Of a DNA stretch of 64,000 nt, positions 50,778 through 64,000 are shown piece by piece. A program made the translations under genes and the position numbers. The notes under the pieces are model-generated. The model made no database searches, was not told where the DNA came from, and saw only the letters and a list, made by a program, of their open reading frames with translations. Position 1 is the stretch's first letter. Every line of letters begins with the position of its first letter. The stretch comes from the human T2T-CHM13v2.0 reference genome, Homo sapiens: assembly GCF_009914755.1 (NCBI RefSeq), contig NC_060930.1. One strand, written 5' to 3'.

Positions 50778-51161
50778 TGATATGGTTAGGCTTTGTATCC
50801 CTGCCCAAATCTCACCTTGAATTGTAATCCCTGTAATCCCCATAATCCCCAGGTAACGAGAGAGACCAGGAAGAGGTAATTGAATCACGGGGGCGCTTCG
50901 CCATGAAGTTCTCATGATAATGAGCCAGTTTTCAGGAGATCTGATGGTTTTATAAGAGGCTCTTCCCCTTTCCCTCAGCACTTCTCTCTCCTGTCGCTTT
51001 GTGAAGAAGATGCCTGCCTCCCTTTTGCCTTCCATCATGATTGTCATTTTCTTGAGGCATCCCCAGACATGTGGAACTGTGAGTCAATTAAACCTCTTTC
51101 TTTTATGAATTACCCAGTCTTAGGTAGTATTTTTATAGCAGTGTGAGAATGGATTAATACA
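50778..51161 (+). mobile_element. THE1 (THE1C/D-like) solo LTR
   Basis: tgatatggttaggctttg ... gaatggattaataca; perfect 5-bp TSD aatgc. Confidence 0.92.
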
Positions 51162-52057
51162 AATGCCTACATATATCTAAAAAGAAACTACAAAGATACA
51201 TCAACATCAAAATTTTAGCAAAAATTACTTAACTTCAATGGGTTTGCTTCATTGGTTTACTGATTAGGCCTTGACCCACAATATGAAAAAATGTCCAGTG
51301 AAAGCAAATTCCTCTGCCTTCTGTCTAATCTGCCTACAGAGCAGAGATTCTGTGTCTCATCAGAATAGTTTTCTGTGATTTTAGATGACTTTATTATGCC
51401 CTTGATTATTTAAGGGCAAAAAATGTTGCCTCACTTAAGGAAGAGCTAAGATTCTTTACAATTGTCTTTATCCTCTATGTTTTATGCTTGTATTTTAAAT
51501 ATATGTTGTTACTTTGAGAGACAGGTTTTTTCCCCTCACTTATTCACGATCCTGTATTAATCTAGTAAAACAATCTCCTCTGACAATTATTAATTTTAAC
51601 TTCCCAACATTGAACCCCAAATTTAGATAAAAAATAGAAGTTTCAGGATGTTTTTTTCTCCCTAAAACTAACTTTGAGATCTCCCAAATGGCCCTGGAAA
51701 ATCACCAAAGCTTGTTCTTTCAACTTATAAATAGATGCTAGAAATAATTAGGTCTGTCTAATGTGTTATTTTAAGAGTTGCACAGGAAGAATTTTCAGAT
51801 CTGAAGAAACACTAGCCTCCTCTAGGTTAAGTTTGCAAAATCTTATTACTATAAACATTTCAGAAATTGTATGCTTTATGGAAAGTCTCTGGTGCCCTTT
51901 CTGCCCACCATATGAGGAAACTTCAAAAGTTCACAGAAAATGCATATTATAGAAAAACTACGCATGGATTCCAATTTTTGTGCCAAAATAAACTCATACT
52001 AATTTGTTACAATGTGTCTGAGTAGGATCCAGTTTGAGGCACTAAAGAGGATAAGAT

Positions 52058-52498
<441 letters not shown>

Positions 52499-52999
52499 TT
52501 ATAACGACAATGCCCCAAAGAAATGAGCAGTTTACAAATTGATAACTCCTGTTTAGAAGGGATGAGATGATGTTGAAGAGGAAGCCTGCAGCAATAGACC
52601 ATCCACATCGATTCACAGGTGAAAAATTCATCCTGTTTGTACCCTAACTGAAGAGGAACAATGACTAACAGCACAAACAATAGCCAATGCCATAGACTTC
52701 TCAGTTGGTGTAATTTACACAATTCTGAGTGAAAAATTAAAGTTGAGCAAGCTTTCCTCTTGAGGGGTAACAAAACTCTTGTGCCTAGATTAGTGACAAA
52801 AGTGGAGCTTTCAATGGAAATTTTAAACAAATGAGATCAACATCCTGAAGTATTTCTTTGAAGAATTATAACAGGAGATGAAACACAGCTTTACCAGTAC
52901 AATCCTGAAGACAAAGCACAACCAAAGCAATGGCTACCAAAAGGTGGAAGTGGTCGTCAGGCAAAGGCAAACTGATGAAGAACAAAGGTCATGGCAACA

Positions 53000-53298
53000 T
53001 TTTTTTTTTTTTTTTTTGAGACAGAGTCTCGCTCTGTCACCCAGGCTGGAGTGCAGTGGTGTGATCTCGGCTCATTGCACCACCACCTCCTGGGTTCAAG
53101 CGATTCTTCTGCCTCAGTCTCCCAAGCAGCTGGGGACTACAGGCGCATGCCACAACACCTGGCTACTTTTTTGTATTTTTAGTAGAGACAGGGTTTCATT
53201 GTGTTAGCCAGGATGGTCTCCATCTCCTGACCTCGTGATCCACCTGCCTTTGCCTCCCAAAGTGCTGGGATTACAGGCGTGAGTCACCATGCCCGGCT
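53000..53298 (-). mobile_element. AluSc/Y-like, in the Hsmar2 ORF
   Basis: Reverse Alu; TSD gg(c/t)aaca. Confidence 0.92.
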
Positions 53299-53578
53299 GG
53301 TAACAGTTTTTGGGAGGCTCAAGGCATTTTTGCCTGTTGACTTTATGGAGGGCCAAATAAAGAAAACGTCTGCTTATTATGAGAGTGTTTTGAGAAAGCC
53401 AAAGCTTTAGCAGAAACATGCCCAGGAAAGCTCCACCAGAGACTCCTCCTGCACCACGAGAAAGCTCTGATAACTCTTCTCATTGAGGAAGGGCAAATAT
53501 GCAAGTTTCAATGAGAAATTATTAGGCATCCACTTTACAATCCTAATTTGGCTCCTTCTGACTTATTTTTGTTTCATA

Positions 53579-53875
53579 TTTTTTTTTTTTTTTGAGACAG
53601 AGTCTTGCTCTGTCACCCAGGCTGAAGTGCAGTAGCGTGATCTTGGCTCACTGAAACCTCCACCTCCCGGGTGCAACTGATTATCCTGCCTCAGCCTCCC
53701 AAGTAGCTGGGATTATGGGCGCTCACCATCATGCCCAGCTAATTTTTGTATTTTTAGTAGAGACAGGGTTTCACCATGCTGGCCAGGTTGGTCATGAACT
53801 CCTGACCTCAAGTAATCTGCATGCCTTGGCCTCCCAAAGTGCTGGGATTACAGGCATGAGCCACCACACCCAGCT
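53579..53875 (-). mobile_element. AluS, in the Hsmar2 ORF
   Basis: Reverse Alu. Confidence 0.92.
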
Positions 53876-54811
53876 GTCCTAAATTTAAAAAGTGTGTAAA
53901 GGGTCCCCATTTATCTTCAGTCAATACTGTAAAAAAGAATGTACTGATGTGGTTAAATGCCAGCAGCCTCAGTTCCTTGGGGATGGACTAAACGGCTGCT
54001 ATCATCACTTACAAAAGTGTCTGGATCTTGACAGAGATTATGTTGAGAAATAAAGTTACATTTTTCATCTTTTAATTCCATTTTTTTTCCACAAACATTT
54101 TGAAGTATGCTTACATGTTCTTACTATCAGGAGAAACACTGATATCAACTCATATACAACAGAAAATTTTATTCTCCAAACTGAAAGTATTGGTCGCAGC
54201 AGTAATTTAACAACAGCTTTTAAGTCTTTATCATCTATAGTCACTTGTTTCACTCTGATGCTTTTCTAAGGCTTTGCTTTAAGGTACAGACCACAGCTTG
54301 TGTCTTCAACAAAAGACAGTTTCAGAGATTTTTGGAAAAGCGCTCTGAACTACTGACATTTCAAACAGTTATCTCCTGGGCATGGGTTTCTGAGCTGAGA
54401 ATGCTTAGACAACTTTCAGATATATCAGTGGACTATGTTACGATTTCTAGAACTCTTTTTAGTGAAATCAGATTATTAATCTAAGATCCAGCAGGAGAAG
54501 AATTAATTATTTAGGACTGAATGAGCTGATGAGGAAAACTCTGTTTTGTTTGTTTGTTTGCATGATGTTGTTGTAATATTCCATTTTCTAGATATATGAC
54601 AAAGCCTTTTGTCTTTCTTCTTAAACTTTCTATCATGTACAAGAATCTAGTAGACTCCACTTTTCTACAATCAAACGAAACATTTCTAAATGATCCCTGA
54701 TTTTTACTGACACTCCAGATTTCATACATTCTTCCTAAATTTCATTACTTTTCATGGCAATGTAATAGTCTGCACAGAAATCAGTAAAAATCTGTCCTAC
54801 TTTTTACCAGA

Positions 54812-54900
54812 AAAATAATTGGACAACCTAGGTCAATATAAAATAAATTGGGCAACCTAGGTCAATATAAAATAAATTGGGCAATCTAGGTCAATATAAA
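54812..54900 (+). repeat. 29-bp tandem repeat x3
   Basis: aaaataaattgggcaacctaggtcaatat. Confidence 0.93.
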
Positions 54901-55876
54901 GCATCACATTTGAGAATGGTTCTTATTTCATCAGATCTGACATTCTGCTCTTAAGGAACAACTGTTGATTTTGCATGGGTCCACAGAACACTCTCAGGGA
55001 AACTGGCTTACCAGGCTCCAGCGATACAGATGGGAAGACAGGTAAAATCCTGGCACATTAGAAGCATTAATACATTTTCAGGACTTCAAGAGAGTTTACC
55101 CAAATTTACATGTTATACAGGTATAACCTAGTAAAGACAGCCTTGAGCTTAGTTTTATAGTCACAGAATAATAAATAAGAGCAATTTTAAAACACAATTT
55201 GAAATTCCTTATAAAAACATTTGTGGTTTTAGTAGTTACATTGTATGGTTCTAGATGGAAGAAGTAAAGTCAAGGAGGCCTATATAGTAAATTAACAGTC
55301 CTACCACCACCATATAACTAATTAGGCCCAAACAAATGAGTCCAATATTTTTTGTGATTATTAAATTTTGAGATTATTATAATCATAAATTGGGATAGAA
55401 AGTAAGAAGAAATTTTGAAGGACGTTGAAACGAAAGAAACAAGATGAGTGGGTGTGTTATGAAATGCCAATCCTGTCATCTGATTTATGGGTATGTGCCA
55501 CTTACAGTGTTTGAGCCACTGTATAACTTTAAAATTAATGCAAATTATTTGTGTCTGTAGAGACACAAATAGATTTTGTCTATGTTTTAGAAATGTGAGT
55601 GATTCTTTCCTCCTCAACAAAAACCACTTTGCATTTATTGTCAGATACGTTTCAGCATTTGTGATTGCCTAGAGATGACTTCCCTTTGCAATTCCTTTGA
55701 ACTGGTTTTTAACATCTGACTAGTTTCCTCAAAATTTAAATAAAATCTTTGATGTGTTCATTTATATTTGCCTGAGAGTCATGACTTTGTTTTAAAAAAT
55801 TATACTTTTAACAATTTAAAGAAATCAATATTAGGGGATTGTTCTTGATTTTGAAAAGGAAAAACTAAGAATATCA

Positions 55877-56543
<667 letters not shown>

Positions 56544-56694
56544 AGGCAGATGTTAAAAACAATTTCAAAAGAAATGGGAAATTTTAACATGGTTTATATT
56601 TTAGATAAAATTACTAAGTAATTTTTTTATTTTAAAAAATTAATAAACAGTTTTCTTAGGGGTAAAATTGGTACTAAATAATGGAGTTATTCTC

Positions 56695-57280
<586 letters not shown>

Positions 57281-57794
57281 AAAATACCAGAGAGAAAATT
57301 TGCATTTATTTAAAAAACACTGAGCATTGGTTGAGAGTTTTAGAACCAGAGGACATAAAGGTTCTTGATAACATATGTATTTTTCATTCCTCAGATCCCT
57401 AGCCAGTCTATACTCCTTTGTTCCAGACACACTGATAAGAGAATAATCCAACTTAGTTCATGACCATAAGTTAATGATTATTTCAGATCCTGAAAAAGAA
57501 GAGCCGGAAAGTGACTGTTCAGAAATCAGAATGTCTATGTGGCATGTGGCAAGGGAAGAAGGTACATTCAGGCTCCCTGCAGGCGCACAATCTACAATGC
57601 AGGACCACCCATTTCCAGTCTCTGTGATGCTGACCACAGCCTCTTAGAGCTGGAACTAATAGCAAACCTCACTTGGTGTTTGTGGTCTCCTAATGCATTA
57701 GGTTCTCCCCGCACACACCATGAAATTCATCAGTACTAACTGCTTTGGACACAGAATATTATTACTGACAGGACAGAATTGAAAGAGGCCATAC

Positions 57795-58602
57795 TGATAT
57801 GGAAGTGCTGGGAAGGGAATGGCATGGTCGCTTTAACCAATATGGAAGGTGGGGAAGGGAAGTGCTGGGTAGAGGAGGGCATGGTCCCTGCCTAGGGCTC
57901 CACTCTTGGGCCTGTGCCCAGGGACCTAGGTGTGGACAATTATTTTCATTTTCCTGCCCCAATGTTGGCATTTCCCAAGACCACCCTGGCCTTCCACATC
58001 CCCATCCTGTGCCTATAAAAACCCTGAGAGCCTAGCAGGCAGACACAGGCGGCTGGACGTTGAGAGGAGCACATCAGCAGAGGAACACACCGGGGGCTGG
58101 ATGTCTACAGGAACACACCAACAGCCACCAGCATGTTGGCCACTGACTGGCAGAACGATGTGGAGTGTGGCTGAGGCAGTTGGAGGAGATCCCAGGCTGC
58201 TGAGCAGCCCGACTCCAGGTGAAAACTATCTCTCTTCTGGCTCCCCCAGCTGCTGAGAGCTACTCAATAAAACCTCACTCTCATTCTCCAAGGCCACTTG
58301 TGATCCGATTCTTCTGGTACACAAAGGCCAGAACCCTGGGATAGAGAAAGTCCTCTGTCTTTGTGATAAGGCAGGGGTCTAATTGAGCTAACACAAGCTG
58401 TCTACAGATGGCTAAACTAAAAGAGCACCCTGTAACACATGCCCACTGGGGTTTCAGGAGCTGTAAACATTCACCCCTAGACACTGCTGTGGGGCTCCAA
58501 CAGCCCTGTCTGTATGCTCCCCTAGAGCAGCCGGGCACTAAAGAAGTGAGCCACGCCCCCATGACATGCCCTGGGAGGAGGACAAGGAAACTTCCTGTTT
58601 CA
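57795..58602 (+). mobile_element. LTR1-family (LTR1D-like, ERV1) solo LTR
   Basis: TG...CA ends, 4-bp TSD atac, TATAAAA 58014, AATAAA 58266, gggaagtgctgggtagaggagggc motif. Confidence 0.85.
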
Positions 58603-59039
58603 ATACCTGGTTATAAATATTGCTGGAGACCATAATAAAGAGATGGATCATAGAGGAAAGATCATGTGAAAAAAGGGTGAGTGTACAATTTTAGGGTAAA
58701 ATAGAAATACGTTATTAATGAAGCAGGAGGTGGGTGTTTTAATTTTGGTCCAAGTTTTCAGTTAAAACTTTTTGCTTATAAAAATAATATCTCCCAAAAG
58801 CATAAGTGGGTTCTTGCATGAACAGAGAAGAAAACAAAGATTTACATTCCTATAAATTACAGACAACCTGAAATATGGCCCTCGAGCTACCAAATTTACT
58901 AAAGCACACTGGCAGTCATTAAAATTGCAGAACATTTTACTTCAGTGGTACAACCACAGGGGCCTCTGGGGAAAGGCTGGGCATTTTACTCACCAAAACA
59001 ACTCATTGGAACTAAAGGCATTTAAAATTACTCCACTCA

Positions 59040-59435
<396 letters not shown>

Positions 59436-59445
59436 TTATACCTAC

Positions 59446-59599
59446 CTGAAATGAAAAAACTCAAGAGATTTGACCAAGAAATATGAACACCTTTACATCA
59501 ACAGAGTAAATGGGAGAAGACTGTTCATATCATTTATTTGGAAACGTTAAGGTTGGAACCACAATCTAACATTTGACAGAAAAAAATTATATCAGAGAT
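59446..59599 (-). other. Candidate non-coding exon (154 nt) whose 3' end is also an AG|GT junction
   Basis: gtattttttattacag | ... ttttttcatttcag | gtaggt; stops in all frames. Confidence 0.3.
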
Positions 59600-60387
59600 C
59601 TGTAATAAAAAATACAGCATATACCCCTTTAAGAGTAGGCAAAAAGAGAAAATAGCTGGAGTATCCAACAGGAGATATTTTGAGGCAAAAAATTTAAAAT
59701 AGACATTTGCAAAGATGATGATTAGGGAAGATGGTTTTCTTCTAAAGACACATGCAGTGAAGAAAGAAATCTTTATTCTTATCTGGGTTGCAAATGGCAC
59801 TTTTTGCAAAAGAACTGCTACTTACTTCTAGAGTCAGCTAAAATGATATCAAACTTTTTTAAAGATGCCTTCTTAAGGCAGAAAGTGTCTTAATTTAGTT
59901 TTAAGATATTTTAGGCTTATTAACCTCAATAGTGAACTTGAAGATTTTCCATTAAATCCACTGTCCATCAGCCTATTATAGACATATTACAATTCTCCTC
60001 CCAACATCTTGCCTTCTTTATGAAGTTGACGCGAAGCTGAAAATAATTCTGTCAAATAAGACAAAAAAAATTAACAAACCACAAAATTCTATTTCATGTC
60101 ATTCATCAAATGCTATCAATACACTCTGTGCCAAGCACTGGGTTAGAAGAGAACAATGATATTATTTGTCATTTATTTTAACTTTATCTAATTCATTTTT
60201 TATAAATGCACGAGTAAGTATCTTTTAGACATGAAATGTAATATGTGGATAGTATGTATATTTTGAAGGAATATAACAGTTTAATGCTATTTTCACAAAT
60301 GATTATTTTATGCTTTAAAGAAGTTTTTGGTAAGTGAATGTGGAAATCCTGAAATAAAGTCAAATGATATGATTTGCATTTTCCCAG

Positions 60388-60939
60388 CAGCCTCTAAGGA
60401 AGCAGCCTGAGGGATCAGCCTGAGGAAATACCCTGAGGGATCAGCCTTGAGGAATCAGGTGAGGCATCAGCCTGAGGAAATACCCTGAGGGATCAGCCTG
60501 AGGGATCAGCCTGAGGAAATACCCTGAGGGATCAACCTGAGGAAGCAGCCTGAGGGATCAGCCTAAGGAAACACCCTGAGGGATCAGCCTTGAGGAAGCA
60601 GCCTGAGGAATCAGCCTGAAGGATCAGCCTGAGGGATCAGCCTGAGGAAGCAGCCTGAGGAAGCAGCCTGAGGGATTGGCCTGAGGATGCAGCCTGAGGG
60701 ATCAGCCTTGAGGAAGCAGCCTGAGGAAGCAGCCTGAGGGATCAGCCTTGAGGAAGCAGCCTGAGGAAGCAGCCTGAGGAAGGAGCCTGAGGAAGCAGCC
60801 TGAGGGATCAGCCTGAGGAATCAGCCTGAGGGACCAGCCTGAGGGATCAGCCTGAGGGATCAGCCTGAGGGACCAGCCTGAGGGATCAGCCTGAGGAATC
60901 AGCCTGAGGGACCAGCCTGAGGGATCAGCCTGAGGAATC
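60388..60939 (+). repeat. Minisatellite, 13-bp unit (CAGCCTGAGG[GAT/AAG/AAT/GAC]) x~42
   Basis: Direct reading; variant units aaataccctgagg and ccttgagg are interspersed. Confidence 0.97.
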
Positions 60940-62229
60940 TGGCTGCAGGGAAAATAGAAGTCCTATCATTGGACTTTATCTCACCTTCTCTCACCATGTT
61001 CTGTATTGCCCATAATCTGTTTTTTGATATAATTTCAAGATACTGTCCCTGAAACTCTGCAATGGGGGGCTTAAGGAATGTGATAGCTTGACAAAGGTTT
61101 GGAGGAGGGTTTCCAGGATACCCTGTAGTGCTCTTTCAACTCCAGGTCTTAAACAGGGCCACATTCCCTGCAAGGCCCGGCACAGACCCCATGCTGAATA
61201 CATAGAAGCTGCTTATTGCCTTGTTGCCCCATCACCATTTTTTTTTCTGTTCTGCCTCCTTCTTGGGGCCATTGAAGGTTCCTCAGCATTGGGCTCCAAA
61301 TCCCTTCTCTGTCCTTCCCACCCACTTCTGTGCTAAGTCCCAGAACCTGGTATTGTCCTTTCCCCTAGATGATGAGTCTCTGAGCCTGCAGACTGTCTGG
61401 ATCACTTTCTGGGGGCCAAGCACAGTGTCTGCTAAGAAGGCGATCCCTGAGACTTTTATTTTATTATCTAAATAAAAGGTGAAAGAATCTGTCCAAAATA
61501 GTTGCTTTAGGAATTGTACTCCTTATAAAGCAAAGAACACACTGTCACAGAATTGATTTTATCATAGTCATGAAATCTATGTTAGAAGAAAACAGCCCTT
61601 TTTCTCAGCCAGGCAGAGACTTTGAAGAGTTAACTTTTACTGTATCACAGTGGCCTACTTAATGCTATACAAGAACACAGAATACATGCTGTATTTACAA
61701 ACTTCAAAGGAAACTAGCTATTTGCATTTTTATCTGTAGGAGAGGAGAGAAACATGTTTCCTTTTTGACCTTTTATCCTCAAGTTATATATGAGGAAGAT
61801 TAAATTTGTCAGTATTGTCAGTGTAATCTATTTAGGGTTTTAAACCATAACAGTGGAAAATATCAAGATTGACTTTAAAGCCTACTGAATATAACTTTTT
61901 TAAAAAAAAGCTGGATGAGACGCTGAAATGGAGAGAAAGCCTTAGTTATGGGAGGCCGGATTGGAAGTTTTTCAAAATAAGCATCAGAAATAATGGGCCC
62001 CCTATTGCTCACATGCAGACATCAATCTTTTGTTTGTCCTGGCAAGGTGAGAAAAAAAATTGGGTTACCATCAAAGCCAGGTAATACGGCCCGCTCATTT
62101 GTAAATCACATGGCTTTAGTAAGCAAAGATGCTTCCTAGATTTAATGAATGTGGTATCAGAATGTTTTCTTTGAATGAGTACAGTGGTCTTCTATCCGGT
62201 TTTCTTCCTTCCATATATCTGTCTCTTTG

Positions 62230-62875
62230 AATGACACCAAGTGGATTAATCTTCCTAAAGCCCCAGTTGGGAAAATTATCATTCTGCCTTCTCCCAAGCT
62301 TTCAACCATTCCCACTATATGCCAAATAAGCTCGTTATGTTGCATTCAAAGCCTTCTAGGACTTAACAGTAACCTATCTTTCTTTTTATCTCAAATTTCT
62401 CTCCCAGGTACACCAAGTTGCAGCTAAACCAAACTGTGGTTTGTTGCCTGTTTCTGGATCTTTGCTCATTCTTCACCATCACTGATAATGTTCTCTCTAC
62501 CCCCTACCTTTCAAAATCCCACCTGCACTTCGAGATTCAGTTCAGCTCACAGATCCATCTTGAAGCTAGACATGACAGTTTCCCTCTTTTGCAGTAGCAG
62601 AGAAATATGTTTGTACTCACAATATGTGTCACACCCTAGATTTTAAAGCTCCCGAAATGGATGAGCCTTCTTTTACTATTTTTATATCTCCCACTGTCCT
62701 GCCAAGGACGAAGAAATATTTTTTATATTTCTATATATTATTCCTACTATAAATTCCTTAGGGTGATGAGAACTTCCTTAGGGTAAACACCTAGTTTTTG
62801 GTATTATACTTATCCCTTACAGTATTTAGAATTTATTTAGTAAATGCTTAATAAATATTTTTTAACTAAATGAGT
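62230..62875 (+). mobile_element. L2 fragments
   Basis: taatcttcctaaagc..cattcaaagccttc; terminal agtaaatgcttaataaatattt. Confidence 0.55.
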
Positions 62876-63175
62876 AGAAACCGTAGAATGAGTAGAAAAT
62901 TTTTTCCTAAAACTACAAGTAGGAATTTTGTCTATCTCAGAGACAGCAGAATATGCTTAGTATTTCAATAAAGGACAGTTTTTTAGAATAAATAGCGTAC
63001 TTTGGAAGCCTGAAATAGCTGGAAAAGATGAAGTTTCTTATTTATTATGCCTCTGGATGTGTTTTTAATTTATTTCCCTAGAAGAGCTCTTAGGCAAAGT
63101 GATAACTTGGCTTAGAATCTTTAGGAGAAATAAAGATGAAAATAAATACGGTTCTTTACCAAATTGCATGCACAT

Positions 63176-63238
<63 letters not shown>
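63176..63238 (+). repeat. Compound microsatellite (CA)n(TC)n
   Basis: ~14 CA followed by ~17 TC. Confidence 0.97.
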
Positions 63239-63241
<3 letters not shown>

Positions 63242-63459
63242 ACAAAAGAGACAGCGCTAACCCTGTCTTGAATCCATAGAATCCTCAAATGCATGCATTT
63301 CAGAGTATTGATGGTGACACTGATAAAACATTCAGAAAATGACTTATTCTGAATCTGCTGAAGGGGTGTCCTCACAGTGAATGCCTTCCTTTCCTTCTGA
63401 GATCCACCAAAAAACATACTAGTCTGTTCAGAGTGATCTTAGAATTCAGTTATTTTTAT

Positions 63460-64000
63460 GGCTTGGAAAATCTACTCCTGGAAATCTGTTCTTTAGAAAT
63501 ACTGGCAAGGCTGTAAAGATACATGTACACTGCTGTTAATCCCAACATTTGGAGAAGGAAAAAAAGTAAGCGATCTCAATGTCTACTAATAGAGCAAAGC
63601 TAAATAAATTACAGTACAATGGAATGTATACTCTGCAGCCGTTGTGATAAATCAAGTATGTCCATAGGGGTCCTTGGTTAAAAGGCTGTCCATGATGTTT
63701 TATTAAATGTAAAAAGCGCGTTGCAAAAGATGGGGAAATACCCAAATTGCTGAACACTTCTGTAGATCTCATTTTTCTAAGAGTAATATTCTATGTATCT
63801 ATGCACTTATATTTATAGACAGGCATACATATGTATAAATTTGAGTACATATGTTGATGTCTGCAAGTGCTTATACATCTGTTTATGTGTAGATGTATGT
63901 ATAAATGTTTATACGTGTTATATGTAAAATATATAAGCTATATATATATGCATGTACATACCTTTATAGATATTTTTACAGCCATAGATAAAAAGATGTA
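63460..64000 (+). mobile_element. L1ME-type 3' region ending in TA/TG low complexity
   Basis: ctactcctggaaatctgttctttagaaatact..ctaaataaattacagtacaatggaat. Confidence 0.6.

Noticed and set aside
57487-57561. 75-nt + strand exon candidate (ttatttcag|ATCCTG..GAAG|gtacat), open in two frames
   Set aside because: Weak pyrimidine tract and weak donor, and the peptide is unrecognised.

Overview
Primate (hominoid-like) nuclear DNA that looks intronic or intergenic. I recognise no protein-coding gene, RNA gene or CRISPR array. The supplied ORFs are mostly Alu, LTR or LINE read-throughs. Much of the window is interspersed repeat: about 35 Alus (J, S, Y and one young AluYd-type with a 41-A tail), MIR, L2, old L1 and HAL1 relics, MaLR/ERVL/ERV1 LTRs, and several DNA transposons. 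The DNA transposons include MER58A, MER5, MER63A, Tigger1, a full Tigger3b, a Charlie1-type element, a decayed Charlie/Buster hAT transposase, and a full-length Hsmar2 mariner sitting in an ERV1 internal relic and split by three Alus. Notable non-routine structure: (i) a ~157-bp unique segment carrying a splice donor has been copied ~1 kb downstream into the middle of an AluJ; (ii) a 3'UTR-only retrocopy with a target-site duplication (TSD); (iii) 55-, 95-, 29- and 13-bp tandem arrays, several multiplying TF-like motifs; (iv) a ~500-bp TA-rich tract between inverted Alus; (v) exon-like segments on both strands, including a 21-nt microexon candidate and a candidate recursive (AG|GT) splice site. 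I do not see convincing evidence for a new biological system, so these are testable leads. Repeat subfamily names are from recall of consensus sequences, not a RepeatMasker run, and boundaries of old repeats are approximate.
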